Below, piece by piece: positions 63,642 to 64,000 of a DNA stretch of 64,000 bases. Both the position numbers and the translations under genes were made by a program. This DNA is from Antedon mediterranea (taxonomy: Eukaryota > Animalia > Echinodermata), in NCBI RefSeq assembly GCF_964355755.1, contig NC_092673.1:19589648-19653647 (forward strand). Reading direction: 5' to 3'. The notes under the pieces are model-generated. The model did no database searches and had not been told where the DNA came from. It worked only from the letters and a program-made list of their open reading frames with translations. Position 1 is the stretch's first letter, and each line of letters opens with the position of its first letter.

Positions 63642-64000
63642 CTAGAGGGTACTCCGAGAGTACAAACCTCCGCCTACTGTAAAATTCCCCAACATAAAAT
63701 GCCTCCTGAAAATTTTTTTTTACATTTTTTTTAATTAGTTCTAAGTGTAAATATGTTAACTGCACACTACAAAGTTGTGGATGACAGTGTGGTGTAATGG
63801 TTATGTATCCAGCCTCTCACAGTTGAAATCGCTGGTTCAAGTCTCACTGAGGGTTTTTTTTTTTTTATTATTTTTTTATTTATTTTTTTTTTTTTTGTGG
63901 ACCTTGATCTTTGACCCTGACCCTTCAAAATTTAACCACAATTATATGATGTGTCATTGATCATTGTGGCTAAGTTTGGTGAGAATCAGATCAAAACGGA
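63640..64000. mobile_element. Helentron-like element carrying a tRNA-like SINE head, truncated by window end
   Basis: AACTAGAGGGTACTC-CGA-GAGTAC hairpin, TGACCTT/CTTTGACC motifs, A/B-box segment at 63783-63850. Confidence 0.55.

Noticed and set aside
63783-63850. tRNA gene
   Set aside because: Has A/B-box-like motifs but no proper cloverleaf pairing; SINE-type head inside a repeat

Overview
AT-rich, intron-containing eukaryotic DNA from an invertebrate deuterostome (DeuSINE cores and tandem-DED genes suggest an echinoderm, possibly a crinoid; inference only). It is a + strand tandem cluster of innate-immunity/cell-death genes in a dense field of MITEs, Helentron-like elements, SINEs, LINE fragments and minisatellites. 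(A) 3' end of a gene ending in a tandem death-effector-domain (DED)-like exon (564-2709). (B) An ankyrin-repeat gene with one repeat per exon (16382-22603); it is a paralogue of gene A that has lost its DED exon. (C) A run of 29 phase-compatible exons (35985-60250, about 2555 codons when repaired) encoding tandem DED - ZU5 (with a PIDD-type HFSW autoproteolysis motif) - UPA - tandem DED. These splice in frame through two microexons into an N-terminally truncated PARP14-like module (RRMs, KH region, 3 macrodomains, WWE, H-Y-I mono-ART). In this haplotype C has two lesions: a 179-bp retro-insertion in the second DED exon and an in-frame TAA in macrodomain 1. (D) A leader exon of a further probable paralogue at 62884-63016. 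All exon models were derived by hand from splice signals and reading frame, with no expression data. The main candidate novelty is the DED-ZU5/UPA-DED-PARP14 chimera.
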